Shown here piece by piece: positions 9,579-17,438 of a stretch of DNA of 24,000 nt; position 1 is the first letter of the stretch, and each line of letters begins with the position of its first letter. Source of the DNA: Escherichia coli (GTDB lineage Bacteria; Pseudomonadota; Gammaproteobacteria; Enterobacterales; Enterobacteriaceae); the NCBI RefSeq assembly GCF_040215525.1, contig NZ_CP157955.1; one strand, given 5' to 3'. The notes under the pieces were generated by a model that worked only from the letters and a program-made list of their open reading frames with translations, was not told the DNA's origin and did not search any database. The translations under genes were made by a program, and so were the position numbers.

Positions 9579-11777
9579 TTATTTCCTGCGCAACAGCCTT
9601 AACGCATTCGCCGTCACCAGCACCGTCGCACCCGTATCTGCCAGCACCGCCAGCCACAGTCCGGTCATCCCTAACAGCGTCGTGACGAGGAAAACGCCTT
9701 TCAGCCCCAGCGCAATAGTGATGTTCTGGCGGATATTGGCGTGAGTGGCGCGTGCCAGTTCAATCATTTGCACCAGACCGCGCAGGTGGTTATGGGTTAA
9801 TGCTGCATCGGCGGTTTCCAGCGCCACGTCTGTGCCGCTACCCATTGCAATCCCGATGGCGGCAGCTTTCATCGCTGGCGCGTCGTTAATACCATCACCG
9901 ACCATCGCCAGCGGCGCATGTTGATTCAGCTCGGTCACCGCTTTGACTTTATCTTCCGGCAACAGGCCCGCTTTAAACTCCAGCCCCAACTCCCCGGCAA
10001 TTGCCGCCGCTGCGCGTGGATTATCGCCGGTGAGGATCACCCCTTTGACGCCCAGCGCGTTCAGTTCACTGATAGCAGTTGCAGCATCGGCGCGTAGAGT
10101 ATCCTGCAATGCAATGATACCCAGCACGTCATCGTTACGTACTACCAGCACTACCGTTTGCCCGGCGCTTTCCAGTTCGTTAATTAAACCAGCAAATGCA
10201 TCAGCGGGATGTTTCCCGGCAGCGCATATCAACACGCGCTCACCGTTAACCTGCGCTTCAATGCCAGACCCGACCAGCGCCCGCTGTGATTGGGCGGTGG
10301 GAATGGCGAGTTCAGCAATCTGTGCTTCGCGCACAATGGCCTGTGCCAGTGGATGCGTCGCGCCTTGCTCGACCGCCGCCGCCAGTGTCAGCAGTTCAGA
10401 TTCACTAATACCCGTTGCCGGATGAATCGCGGTAACGCGCGGTTTACCGACGGTCAGCGTACCGGTTTTATCAAACGCCACCTGGGTAACACGACCCAGC
10501 TGCTCCAGCGCCGCGCCGCCTTTAATCAACGCCCCACGACGCGCTGCTGCCGCCAGCCCGGAGGTAATCGCCGCGGGCGTGGAGATAACTAAAGCACACG
10601 GGCAACCAATCAGCAGCAGCGTCAGCCCTTTATAAATCCACTCTTGCCAGCTGGCGGCAAACAGCAGCGGCGGCACCAGCGTTACCAGCAGGGCGACGGC
10701 CATAATCGCTGGCGTATAAATACGGCTGAAGCGGTCGATAAACCGCTCAATGGGCGCGCGGCGCTCTTCGGCTTCTTCGATCAGTTTCAGAATCCGGTCA
10801 ATGGCGCTGGCACCCGGTTCTGACAGCACTTCCAGCGTTACCAGACGATCTACGCTGGTGGCTCCTGCAGGAACTTTATCGCCCGTCGCGCGCTCCACAG
10901 GAATGGATTCTCCGGTCAGGGCGCTTTCATCAAAACTGGCAAACGGTGAGAGCAGTTTACCGTCGGCAGGCAAACGCCCACCTGCGGCGACTTCAATCAC
11001 ATCGCCAGGCCGCAGGCTGTTAATCGCCACCTCTTCACGCTCACCGTTACTCAGACGCGTGGCGGTTTCTGGCTTCAGCGCCATTAACGCGCTAACGCCC
11101 TGACGCGCGCGGCTGGCGGCCCAGCCTTCCAGTCGTTCACCAATCAAAAACAGCAGCAACACCATCGCAGCTTCAGCCGTTGCGCCAATAAACAGCGCCC
11201 CAATAGCGGCTATGCTCATTAAGGTTTCAATGGCGAAGTAGCTGCCGGATTTGATCAGCCGTAATGCCTGACGAGCAATCGGGTACAGCCCAACCAGCGT
11301 GGTCGCGATAAACGCCAGTTGCCCGAACGGATGATTGAACTGCTCCAGACCCCAGCTGATTGCCATCATCACGATTAGCGTAATCAGCGGCAGATTCTCT
11401 TTCAGGCGTGATGCTTGTTGTTCGTCGGCGGCCTGTTCATCGCGCAGGGAATAGCCCGCTTTTTGCACCGCAGATTCAACCTGGGCACGGATGTCATTGT
11501 CGGCATCGACTACCAGTTTTTCGGTGGCGAACAACACCTGCACCTGATTCACGCCTGCAAGCTGGCGCACGGCATTTTCTACCTTGCGCGCACAGGCGGC
11601 GCAGTCCATGCCGCTGACTTTCCAGCTATAGCGGGTGCCGGAGACGTTTTCAGAGAGCGTTGGCGTGCTGGAACATGCGCCGTCGCAGCAACAGTCGTTG
11701 GCGTTCTGTACCGTGGTTAGCGGTTTGAACGCAGCAAATTGAGGGGCTTTCTTGCCGTGATTGTCAGGAGTCGACAT
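9579..11777 (-). CDS. zntA: Zn(II)/Cd(II)/Pb(II)-translocating P1B-type ATPase ZntA
   Basis: 732-aa ORF with an N-terminal CCCDGAC cluster, an HMA domain GMDCAAC, transmembrane CPC (IGCPCAL), phosphorylation site DKTGTLT and hinge GDGINDAP. Preceded by a ZntR-type promoter. Confidence 0.97.
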   Translation of the reverse strand: MSTPDNHGKKAPQFAAFKPLTTVQNANDCCCDGACSSTPTLSENVSGTRYSWKVSGMDCAACARKVENAVRQLAGVNQVQVLFATEKLVVDADNDIRAQVESAVQKAGYSLRDEQAADEQQASRLKENLPLITLIVMMAISWGLEQFNHPFGQLAFIATTLVGLYPIARQALRLIKSGSYFAIETLMSIAAIGALFIGATAEAAMVLLLFLIGERLEGWAASRARQGVSALMALKPETATRLSNGEREEVAINSLRPGDVIEVAAGGRLPADGKLLSPFASFDESALTGESIPVERATGDKVPAGATSVDRLVTLEVLSEPGASAIDRILKLIEEAEERRAPIERFIDRFSRIYTPAIMAVALLVTLVPPLLFAASWQEWIYKGLTLLLIGCPCALVISTPAAITSGLAAAARRGALIKGGAALEQLGRVTQVAFDKTGTLTVGKPRVTAIHPATGISESELLTLAAAVEQGATHPLAQAIVREAQIAELAIPTAQSQRALVGSGIEAQVNGERVLICAAGKHPADAFAGLINELESAGQTVVLVVRNDDVLGIIALQDTLRADAATAISELNALGVKGVILTGDNPRAAAAIAGELGLEFKAGLLPEDKVKAVTELNQHAPLAMVGDGINDAPAMKAAAIGIAMGSGTDVALETADAALTHNHLRGLVQMIELARATHANIRQNITIALGLKGVFLVTTLLGMTGLWLAVLADTGATVLVTANALRLLRRK

Positions 11778-11812
11778 GGCATCCTCCGGTTAAGTTTTTT
11801 CTCATTAACCGA

Positions 11813-11844
11813 AGGATACACTCTGGAGTCGACTCCAGAGTCAA
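11813..11844 (-). promoter_or_regulatory. zntA promoter with ZntR (MerR-family) operator
   Basis: On the minus strand: -35 TTGACT (11844-11839), a 20-bp spacer, and -10 TATCCT (11818-11813). The 22-bp perfect palindrome ACTCTGGAGTCGACTCCAGAGT (11820-11841) fills the spacer. An over-long spacer plus a dyad is the MerR-family hallmark. Confidence 0.9.
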
Positions 11845-11850
11845 GTTTTA

Positions 11851-12477
11851 TCAGAGATACAGCGAGCGGACGATGAGGAAGTGACCAGCAAAGTAGCAGG
11901 CCGCAGCAATCGCGTTGTCCGCACGGAAGCGTCGGCGATAGTGACTACCCAGCCAGACAAAGTTACTGATAAACAGTAACGAAGCGCCGACAAACGCAGA
12001 GAGTGCCGGAGCGGTCGGACGGAAGAACCACAGTTCACCTGCCAGCCACACCATCACCAGCGTCATGCCGATAAACGTGCAGATAGGCCAACGATACTCT
12101 TCCAGACGCGTCCAGATAATCGCCAGTAACAGCGCGCCCAGAACCAACAGCACCAACGGCAGAGGCCAGAAGAAGGAGAGCGTCATCTGACTGGCGAAAT
12201 AGATGGTGTACAGCAGGTGCGAGAGGAAAAACGCGCCGATGGCGTACATCAGACGTTGACGTGGCAACAGGGTTAGCGCATCGCCCAGCAGTGAGGCACA
12301 CAGCCCCGCCAGCACCAGATAGCTAATGGCGTCGAACATCGGCGCTTGCCAGGCCAGCAACAGCAGGAGAAGAAGGGTTAACGGTTTAAACACCCAGCGT
12401 TGCCAGGTTGGCCCACGATACGATGCATCCACAGATAGCCATGCGGAAAGACAGACAGCGATAAACGACCAAAGCAT
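11851..12477 (-). CDS. yhhN: YhhN-family integral membrane protein (lysoplasmalogenase/TMEM86-like family)
   Basis: 208-aa ORF, strongly hydrophobic with multiple TM segments. Recognised as E. coli YhhN. Its stop lies 6 bp from the zntA -35. Confidence 0.9.
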
Positions 12478-12617
12478 CTTAGTTCCTTGAATTCGTTATT
12501 TTTTCGTAAGCGGAATGCCTACGGTCTTGCTTCCAGTTTAGTGGCGAGGGTGGACGGATGACAACACCATAACTGGCAGGGTATGCTTATTTCCGCATTT
12601 TCCGATGAGGGATAAAG

Positions 12618-12977
12618 ATGAGTAAACCACCTCTTTTCTTTATTGTTATCATTGGCTTAATCATCGTCGCCGCATCGTTTCGTTTTATGCAACAACGACG
12701 GGAAAAAGCTGATAATGATATGGCACCGCTCCAGCAAAAGCTGGTGGTGGTGAGCAACAAGCGGGAAAAACCGATTAACGATCGCCGTTCGCGCCAGCAG
12801 GAAGTGACTCCGGCAGGCACCAGTATGCGCTATGAGGCAAGCTTCAAACCGCAAAGCGGAGGAATGGAGCAGACGTTTCGCCTCGACGCCCAGCAGTACC
12901 ACGCCCTGACAGTGGGCGATAAAGGTACGCTGAGCTATAAAGGAACGCGCTTTGTCAGCTTTGTAGGCGAACAATAA
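12618..12977 (+). CDS. yhhM: DUF2500-family protein YhhM (N-terminal TM anchor)
   Basis: 119-aa ORF starting MSKPPLFFIVIIGLIIVAASF..., with GAGGGATAAAG upstream of the ATG. Recognised as E. coli YhhM; function unknown. Confidence 0.88.
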   Translation: MSKPPLFFIVIIGLIIVAASFRFMQQRREKADNDMAPLQQKLVVVSNKREKPINDRRSRQQEVTPAGTSMRYEASFKPQSGGMEQTFRLDAQQYHALTVGDKGTLSYKGTRFVSFVGEQ

Positions 12978-12979
12978 GG

Positions 12980-13249
12980 TTATTTTTTAACTTTAAATTT
13001 CTTCTGCCAGACCAGCAGTTCAAACACGCCGAAAAGGAAAATCCGCACCTTTTCGGCGGTGGTCATCTGCGGGCCATCTTTCGGCAAAGTGGATTTCAAT
13101 AGCGCCAGCTGCATACCATGCATCAGCACGGTAAAAATCAGCGCCACGTTAACAAAAATATTCAGCGGACGCGGGAAGGGATGCACCAGGTTGAGGATTA
13201 AAAATCCCCAAACGCAGAGCATTAACAAACGTCCAATATTAATCAACAT
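12980..13249 (-). CDS. yhhL: Small inner-membrane protein YhhL (DUF1145)
   Basis: Start at 13249 gives MLINIGRLLMLCVWGFLILN... (89 aa), with AGGAG 8 nt upstream. It overlaps the rsmD 3' end by 11 nt. The 130-aa track ORF is an over-extension into rsmD. Confidence 0.85.
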   Translation of the reverse strand: MLINIGRLLMLCVWGFLILNLVHPFPRPLNIFVNVALIFTVLMHGMQLALLKSTLPKDGPQMTTAEKVRIFLFGVFELLVWQKKFKVKK

Positions 13250-13835
13250 CACTTTCTCCTTGTGCTTCGCGTTGATACAGCCGATAAGCCACCTGACCCG
13301 CCACTTTTTCCCGATGTAATGACCAGTTCGCCGGAACAGTGGGCAGACCGTTTTCGACTTCGCTTTCGACATAAATCAGGGCTTCGTCAGCCAGCCAGCC
13401 GTTATCTTCCAGTAAATTTATCGTCTCTTCTAACAATCCACGGCGGAACGGTGGATCGACAAACACGATATTATGCGGTGTGCCTTTTTGCGCCAGGAAT
13501 GACATCGCGTTGCTGTTCACCACGCGTGCATTGCCTGCTTTTAGTGTCGCCAGATTCTTAATTAACTGCTGAGAAACCGCACGATCCATCTCAATCAACG
13601 TGGCCCCCGCAGCGTAGCGCGATAACGCTTCCAGCCCCAGCGCGCCGCTTCCGGCGAAGCAATCCAGACATTGGGCGTCAACAATGACCGGAGCCAGCCA
13701 GTTAAACAACGTTTCGCGTACGCGGTCGGTGGTGGGGCGCAGACCTGGGCTATCAGGAACCGGGAGTTTACGGCCTCGCCACTGCCCGCCAATAATGCGG
13801 ATTTGGCCGCTGCCGGAATGATTCGGTTTTTTCAT
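13239..13835 (-). CDS. rsmD: 16S rRNA (guanine966-N2)-methyltransferase RsmD (YhhF)
   Basis: 198-aa ORF with an SAM-MTase fold (DCFAGSGALGLEA) and the N-methyltransferase motif VFVDPPF. Divergent from ftsY as in K-12. Confidence 0.94.
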   Translation of the reverse strand: MKKPNHSGSGQIRIIGGQWRGRKLPVPDSPGLRPTTDRVRETLFNWLAPVIVDAQCLDCFAGSGALGLEALSRYAAGATLIEMDRAVSQQLIKNLATLKAGNARVVNSNAMSFLAQKGTPHNIVFVDPPFRRGLLEETINLLEDNGWLADEALIYVESEVENGLPTVPANWSLHREKVAGQVAYRLYQREAQGESDVD

Positions 13836-13984
13836 GATAAATTGCTCAATCCGCCAGATAACACATACTTGCAGGCGGTGATGTGAATTAAGTTAAGTGA
13901 TAGACTATTTCATCATTTTTTTAGCTGCTATGTACATAGCGTTAACGCTGTGCCATGAAGCAACAGCGAGGAGTGTAGTCGCAA

Positions 13985-15472
13985 ATGGCGAAAGAAAAAA
14001 AACGTGGCTTTTTTTCCTGGCTGGGCTTTGGTCAAAAAGAGCAGACCCCGGAAAAAGAGACAGAAGTTCAGAATGAACAACCAGTTGTAGAAGAAATCGT
14101 TCAGGCGCAAGAGCCTGTGAAGGCTTCTGAACAAGCCGTTGAAGAGCAGCCGCAGGCGCATACTGAAGCCGAGGCGGAAACTTTTGCTGCCGACGTTGTG
14201 GAAGTTACTGAACAGGTTGCTGAAAGTGAAAAAGCGCAGCCTGAAGCGGAAGTCGTTGCACAGCCGGAACTGGTCGCAGAAGAAACGCCGGAGCCAGTGG
14301 CTATCGAGCGTGAAGAACTGCCGTTGCCGGAAGACGTCAACGCCGAAGAGGTTTCGCCAGAAGAGTGGCAGGCCGAAGCGGAAACCGTAGAGATTGTCGA
14401 AGCGGCGGAAGAAGAAGCGGCTAAAGAAGAAATCACCGACGAAGAGCTGGAAGCACAGGCGCTGGCTGCCGAAGAGGCGGTGATAGTGGTTCCTCCGGCA
14501 GAAGAAGAGCAGCCGGTGGAAGAAATCGCTCAGGAGCAGGAAAAACCGACCAAAGAAGGTTTCTTCGCGCGCCTGAAACGCAGCCTGTTAAAAACCAAAG
14601 AAAATCTCGGTTCCGGATTTATCAGCCTGTTCCGCGGTAAAAAAATCGACGATGATCTGTTTGAAGAGCTGGAAGAACAGCTGTTGATCGCCGATGTGGG
14701 CGTGGAAACCACACGTAAAATTATCACCAATCTGACAGAAGGCGCATCCCGCAAGCAGCTTCGTGATGCCGAGGCGCTCTATGGCCTGCTGAAAGAAGAG
14801 ATGGGCGAGATTCTGGCGAAAGTCGATGAGCCGCTGAATGTTGAAGGTAAAACGCCGTTCGTGATCCTGATGGTGGGCGTCAACGGTGTGGGTAAAACCA
14901 CGACGATTGGTAAGCTGGCACGTCAGTTTGAGCAGCAGGGTAAATCGGTGATGCTGGCGGCGGGCGATACTTTCCGTGCAGCAGCGGTTGAACAGCTTCA
15001 GGTCTGGGGTCAGCGCAACAATATTCCGGTGATTGCCCAGCATACCGGTGCGGATTCCGCTTCTGTTATCTTCGATGCCATTCAGGCCGCTAAAGCGCGT
15101 AACATCGACGTCCTGATTGCCGATACCGCCGGACGCCTGCAGAACAAATCGCACCTGATGGAAGAGTTGAAGAAAATCGTCCGCGTGATGAAGAAACTCG
15201 ACGTTGAAGCTCCGCATGAAGTTATGCTGACCATCGATGCCAGCACCGGGCAGAATGCGGTAAGCCAGGCCAAACTGTTCCACGAAGCCGTTGGCTTAAC
15301 CGGCATCACGCTAACGAAACTGGACGGCACGGCGAAAGGCGGGGTAATTTTCTCGGTGGCTGACCAGTTTGGTATCCCTATCCGCTACATTGGTGTCGGC
15401 GAACGTATTGAGGATTTGCGTCCGTTTAAGGCGGACGACTTTATAGAGGCACTTTTTGCCCGAGAGGATTAA
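13985..15472 (+). CDS. ftsY: Signal recognition particle receptor FtsY
   Basis: 495-aa ORF with an acidic Glu-rich A domain followed by an NG domain. GTPase motifs are GVNGVGKTTT (G1), DTAGR (G3) and TKLDG (G4). Confidence 0.97.
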   Translation: MAKEKKRGFFSWLGFGQKEQTPEKETEVQNEQPVVEEIVQAQEPVKASEQAVEEQPQAHTEAEAETFAADVVEVTEQVAESEKAQPEAEVVAQPELVAEETPEPVAIEREELPLPEDVNAEEVSPEEWQAEAETVEIVEAAEEEAAKEEITDEELEAQALAAEEAVIVVPPAEEEQPVEEIAQEQEKPTKEGFFARLKRSLLKTKENLGSGFISLFRGKKIDDDLFEELEEQLLIADVGVETTRKIITNLTEGASRKQLRDAEALYGLLKEEMGEILAKVDEPLNVEGKTPFVILMVGVNGVGKTTTIGKLARQFEQQGKSVMLAAGDTFRAAAVEQLQVWGQRNNIPVIAQHTGADSASVIFDAIQAAKARNIDVLIADTAGRLQNKSHLMEELKKIVRVMKKLDVEAPHEVMLTIDASTGQNAVSQAKLFHEAVGLTGITLTKLDGTAKGGVIFSVADQFGIPIRYIGVGERIEDLRPFKADDFIEALFARED

Positions 15473-15474
15473 CA

Positions 15475-16143
15475 ATGATTCGCTTTGAACATGTCAGCAA
15501 GGCTTATCTCGGTGGGAGACAGGCGCTGCAGGGCGTTACGTTCCATATGCAGCCGGGTGAGATGGCGTTTCTGACCGGTCATTCCGGCGCAGGGAAAAGT
15601 ACCCTCCTGAAGCTGATCTGTGGGATTGAGCGGCCCAGCGCCGGGAAAATCTGGTTTAGCGGCCATGACATCACGCGTCTGAAAAACCGTGAAGTTCCGT
15701 TTCTGCGCCGCCAGATTGGCATGATTTTCCAGGATCACCATCTACTGATGGACCGTACTGTCTATGATAACGTGGCGATCCCGCTGATTATCGCCGGTGC
15801 CAGCGGTGATGACATTCGTCGCCGGGTGTCGGCGGCGCTGGATAAAGTCGGGCTACTGGACAAAGCGAAGAACTTCCCTATTCAGCTTTCCGGCGGTGAA
15901 CAACAGCGTGTTGGCATTGCCCGCGCGGTGGTGAACAAGCCCGCGGTACTGCTGGCGGACGAACCGACTGGTAACCTGGACGACGCGCTGTCGGAAGGCA
16001 TTTTACGTCTGTTTGAAGAGTTTAACCGCGTTGGGGTAACCGTATTGATGGCAACGCACGACATCAACCTGATCTCGCGGCGTTCCTATCGCATGCTCAC
16101 CCTGAGCGATGGTCACTTGCATGGAGGCGTGGGCCATGAATAA
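15475..16143 (+). CDS. ftsE: Cell-division ABC ATPase FtsE
   Basis: 222-aa ORF with Walker [10 protein letters not shown], signature LSGGEQQR and Walker B LLADEPT. It starts 2 nt after the ftsY stop. Confidence 0.97.
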
Positions 16144-17194
16144 GCGCGATGCAATCAATCATATTCGGCAGTTTGGCGGGCGTCTGGATCGCTTCCGTAA
16201 ATCGGTCGGCGGCTCTGGCGACGGCGGTCGTAACGCGCCAAAACGGGCGAAATCCTCGCCAAAACCGGTAAATCGCAAAACCAACGTTTTCAACGAACAG
16301 GTGCGCTATGCCTTCCACGGCGCATTGCAGGATCTGAAAAGCAAACCGTTCGCCACGTTTTTAACGGTGATGGTTATCGCCATCTCCCTGACGCTGCCCA
16401 GCGTCTGTTATATGGTGTACAAAAACGTTAACCAGGCGGCGACGCAATATTATCCGTCACCGCAAATCACTGTTTATCTGCAAAAAACGCTGGACGATGA
16501 CGCCGCTGCGGGCGTGGTGGCACAGTTGCAGGCCGAGCAAGGCGTGGAGAAAGTGAATTATCTTTCTCGTGAAGACGCACTGGGCGAGTTCCGTAACTGG
16601 TCTGGTTTTGGTGGTGCGCTGGATATGCTGGAAGAAAACCCGCTTCCGGCAGTGGCGGTGGTGATCCCGAAACTCGATTTTCAGGGGACGGAATCACTGA
16701 ATACGCTGCGTGATCGTATCACCCAGATCAATGGCATTGACGAAGTGCGGATGGATGACAGCTGGTTTGCCCGTCTGGCGGCGTTAACCGGGCTGGTCGG
16801 GCGCGTTTCCGCGATGATCGGCGTGTTGATGGTGGCAGCAGTGTTCCTCGTCATCGGTAACAGTGTGCGCCTGAGTATCTTTGCTCGCCGTGACTCCATT
16901 AACGTGCAGAAACTGATTGGTGCGACGGATGGTTTCATCCTGCGCCCGTTCCTGTACGGAGGCGCATTGCTGGGATTTTCTGGCGCATTGTTGTCACTAA
17001 TTTTGTCAGAAATTCTGGTACTGCGTTTGTCATCGGCGGTTGCGGAAGTGGCACAGGTTTTCGGAACAAAGTTTGATATCAATGGCTTATCGTTCGATGA
17101 ATGCCTGCTATTGCTGCTGGTATGCTCGATGATTGGCTGGGTGGCAGCGTGGCTTGCCACGGTACAACATTTACGCCACTTTACGCCTGAATAA
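16136..17194 (+). CDS. ftsX: Cell-division ABC-type permease-like protein FtsX
   Basis: ATG at 16136 ([15 protein letters not shown]..., 352 aa) overlaps the ftsE 3' end by 8 nt. The C-terminal half has 4 TM segments. The track ORF from 16109 is an over-extension. Confidence 0.94.
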
Positions 17195-17202
17195 TAAAAG
17201 CG

Positions 17203-17211
17203 TGTTATACT
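17203..17211 (+). promoter_or_regulatory. Candidate extended -10 (TGtTATACT), possibly rpoH P1
   Basis: TGTTATACT is read directly 9 nt after the ftsX stop. A start about 7 nt downstream would be about 220 nt upstream of the rpoH ATG, which is where I recall the distal rpoH P1 start. No good -35. Confidence 0.4.
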
Positions 17212-17244
17212 CTTTCCCTGCAATGGGTTCCGTAGCAGGGAAAG
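17212..17244 (+). other. 10-bp perfect stem-loop (CTTTCCCTGC-N13-GCAGGGAAAG) just downstream of ftsX
   Basis: Read directly. There is no following T-tract, so it is not a canonical intrinsic terminator. It could be an ftsYEX 3'-end or stability structure and/or the 5' end of the distal rpoH transcript. Confidence 0.5.
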
Positions 17245-17318
17245 AGACCCCGTTGTCTCTTCCCGGTATTTCATCTCTATGTCACATTTTGTGCGTAATT
17301 TATTCACAGCGTTGCATT

Positions 17319-17345
17319 GAACTTGTGGATAAAATCACTGTCTGA
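17319..17345 (+). promoter_or_regulatory. Sigma-E (sigma-24) type promoter of rpoH (P3)
   Basis: GAACTT (17319-17324), a 16-bp spacer, then TCTGA (17341-17345). This matches the sigma-E consensus GGAACTT-N16-TCTGA, about 95 nt upstream of the rpoH ATG. rpoH is a classic sigma-E regulon member. Confidence 0.8.
17324..17332 (-). promoter_or_regulatory. DnaA box, perfect consensus (TTATCCACA on the minus strand)
   Basis: TGTGGATAA is read at 17324-17332, inside the sigma-E promoter spacer. A one-mismatch copy (TGTGCGTAA) is at 17290-17298. DnaA binding in the rpoH promoter region has been reported. Confidence 0.7.
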
Positions 17346-17438
17346 TAAAACAGTGAATGATAACCTCGTTGCTCTTAAGCTCTGGCACAGTTGTTGCTAC
17401 CACTGAAGCGCCAGAAGATATCGATTGAGAGGATTTGA

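Noticed and set aside
9214-9657. 147-aa minus-strand ORF spanning the tusA region and the intergenic repeat.
   Set aside because: It is antisense to the well-supported tusA CDS and runs through the BoxC-like repeat into the zntA 3' end. It has a biased Arg/Gly composition, no SD and no recognisable domain. It is a shadow ORF.
9488-9685. 65-aa plus-strand ORF (MASMPPFPLTLTLSPEERGD...).
   Set aside because: It is a translation of the GC-rich intergenic repeat followed by antisense zntA sequence. This peptide pattern is a recurrent artefact of annotating such repeats.
14588-15283. 231-aa minus-strand ORF antisense to the ftsY NG domain, plus the 14101-14436 (-) and 14139-14390 (+) ORFs in the acidic domain.
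   Set aside because: ftsY on the plus strand carries all the GTPase motifs and is unambiguous. The alternative frames stay open because of codon and composition bias (GAA/GAG repeats give Ser- or Lys/Arg-rich nonsense frames).
16681-17307. 208-aa minus-strand ORF antisense to the ftsX 3' half and extending into the rpoH upstream region.
   Set aside because: It is antisense to a confidently identified gene and has no SD or domain signature. It would run across the rpoH distal promoter region. It is a shadow ORF.
17290-17310. CRP-like site TGTGC...TCACA upstream of the rpoH sigma-E promoter.
   Set aside because: The half-sites are separated by 9 bp rather than the required 6 bp, so it does not fit the CRP consensus geometry. 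The left half is better explained as a one-mismatch DnaA box.
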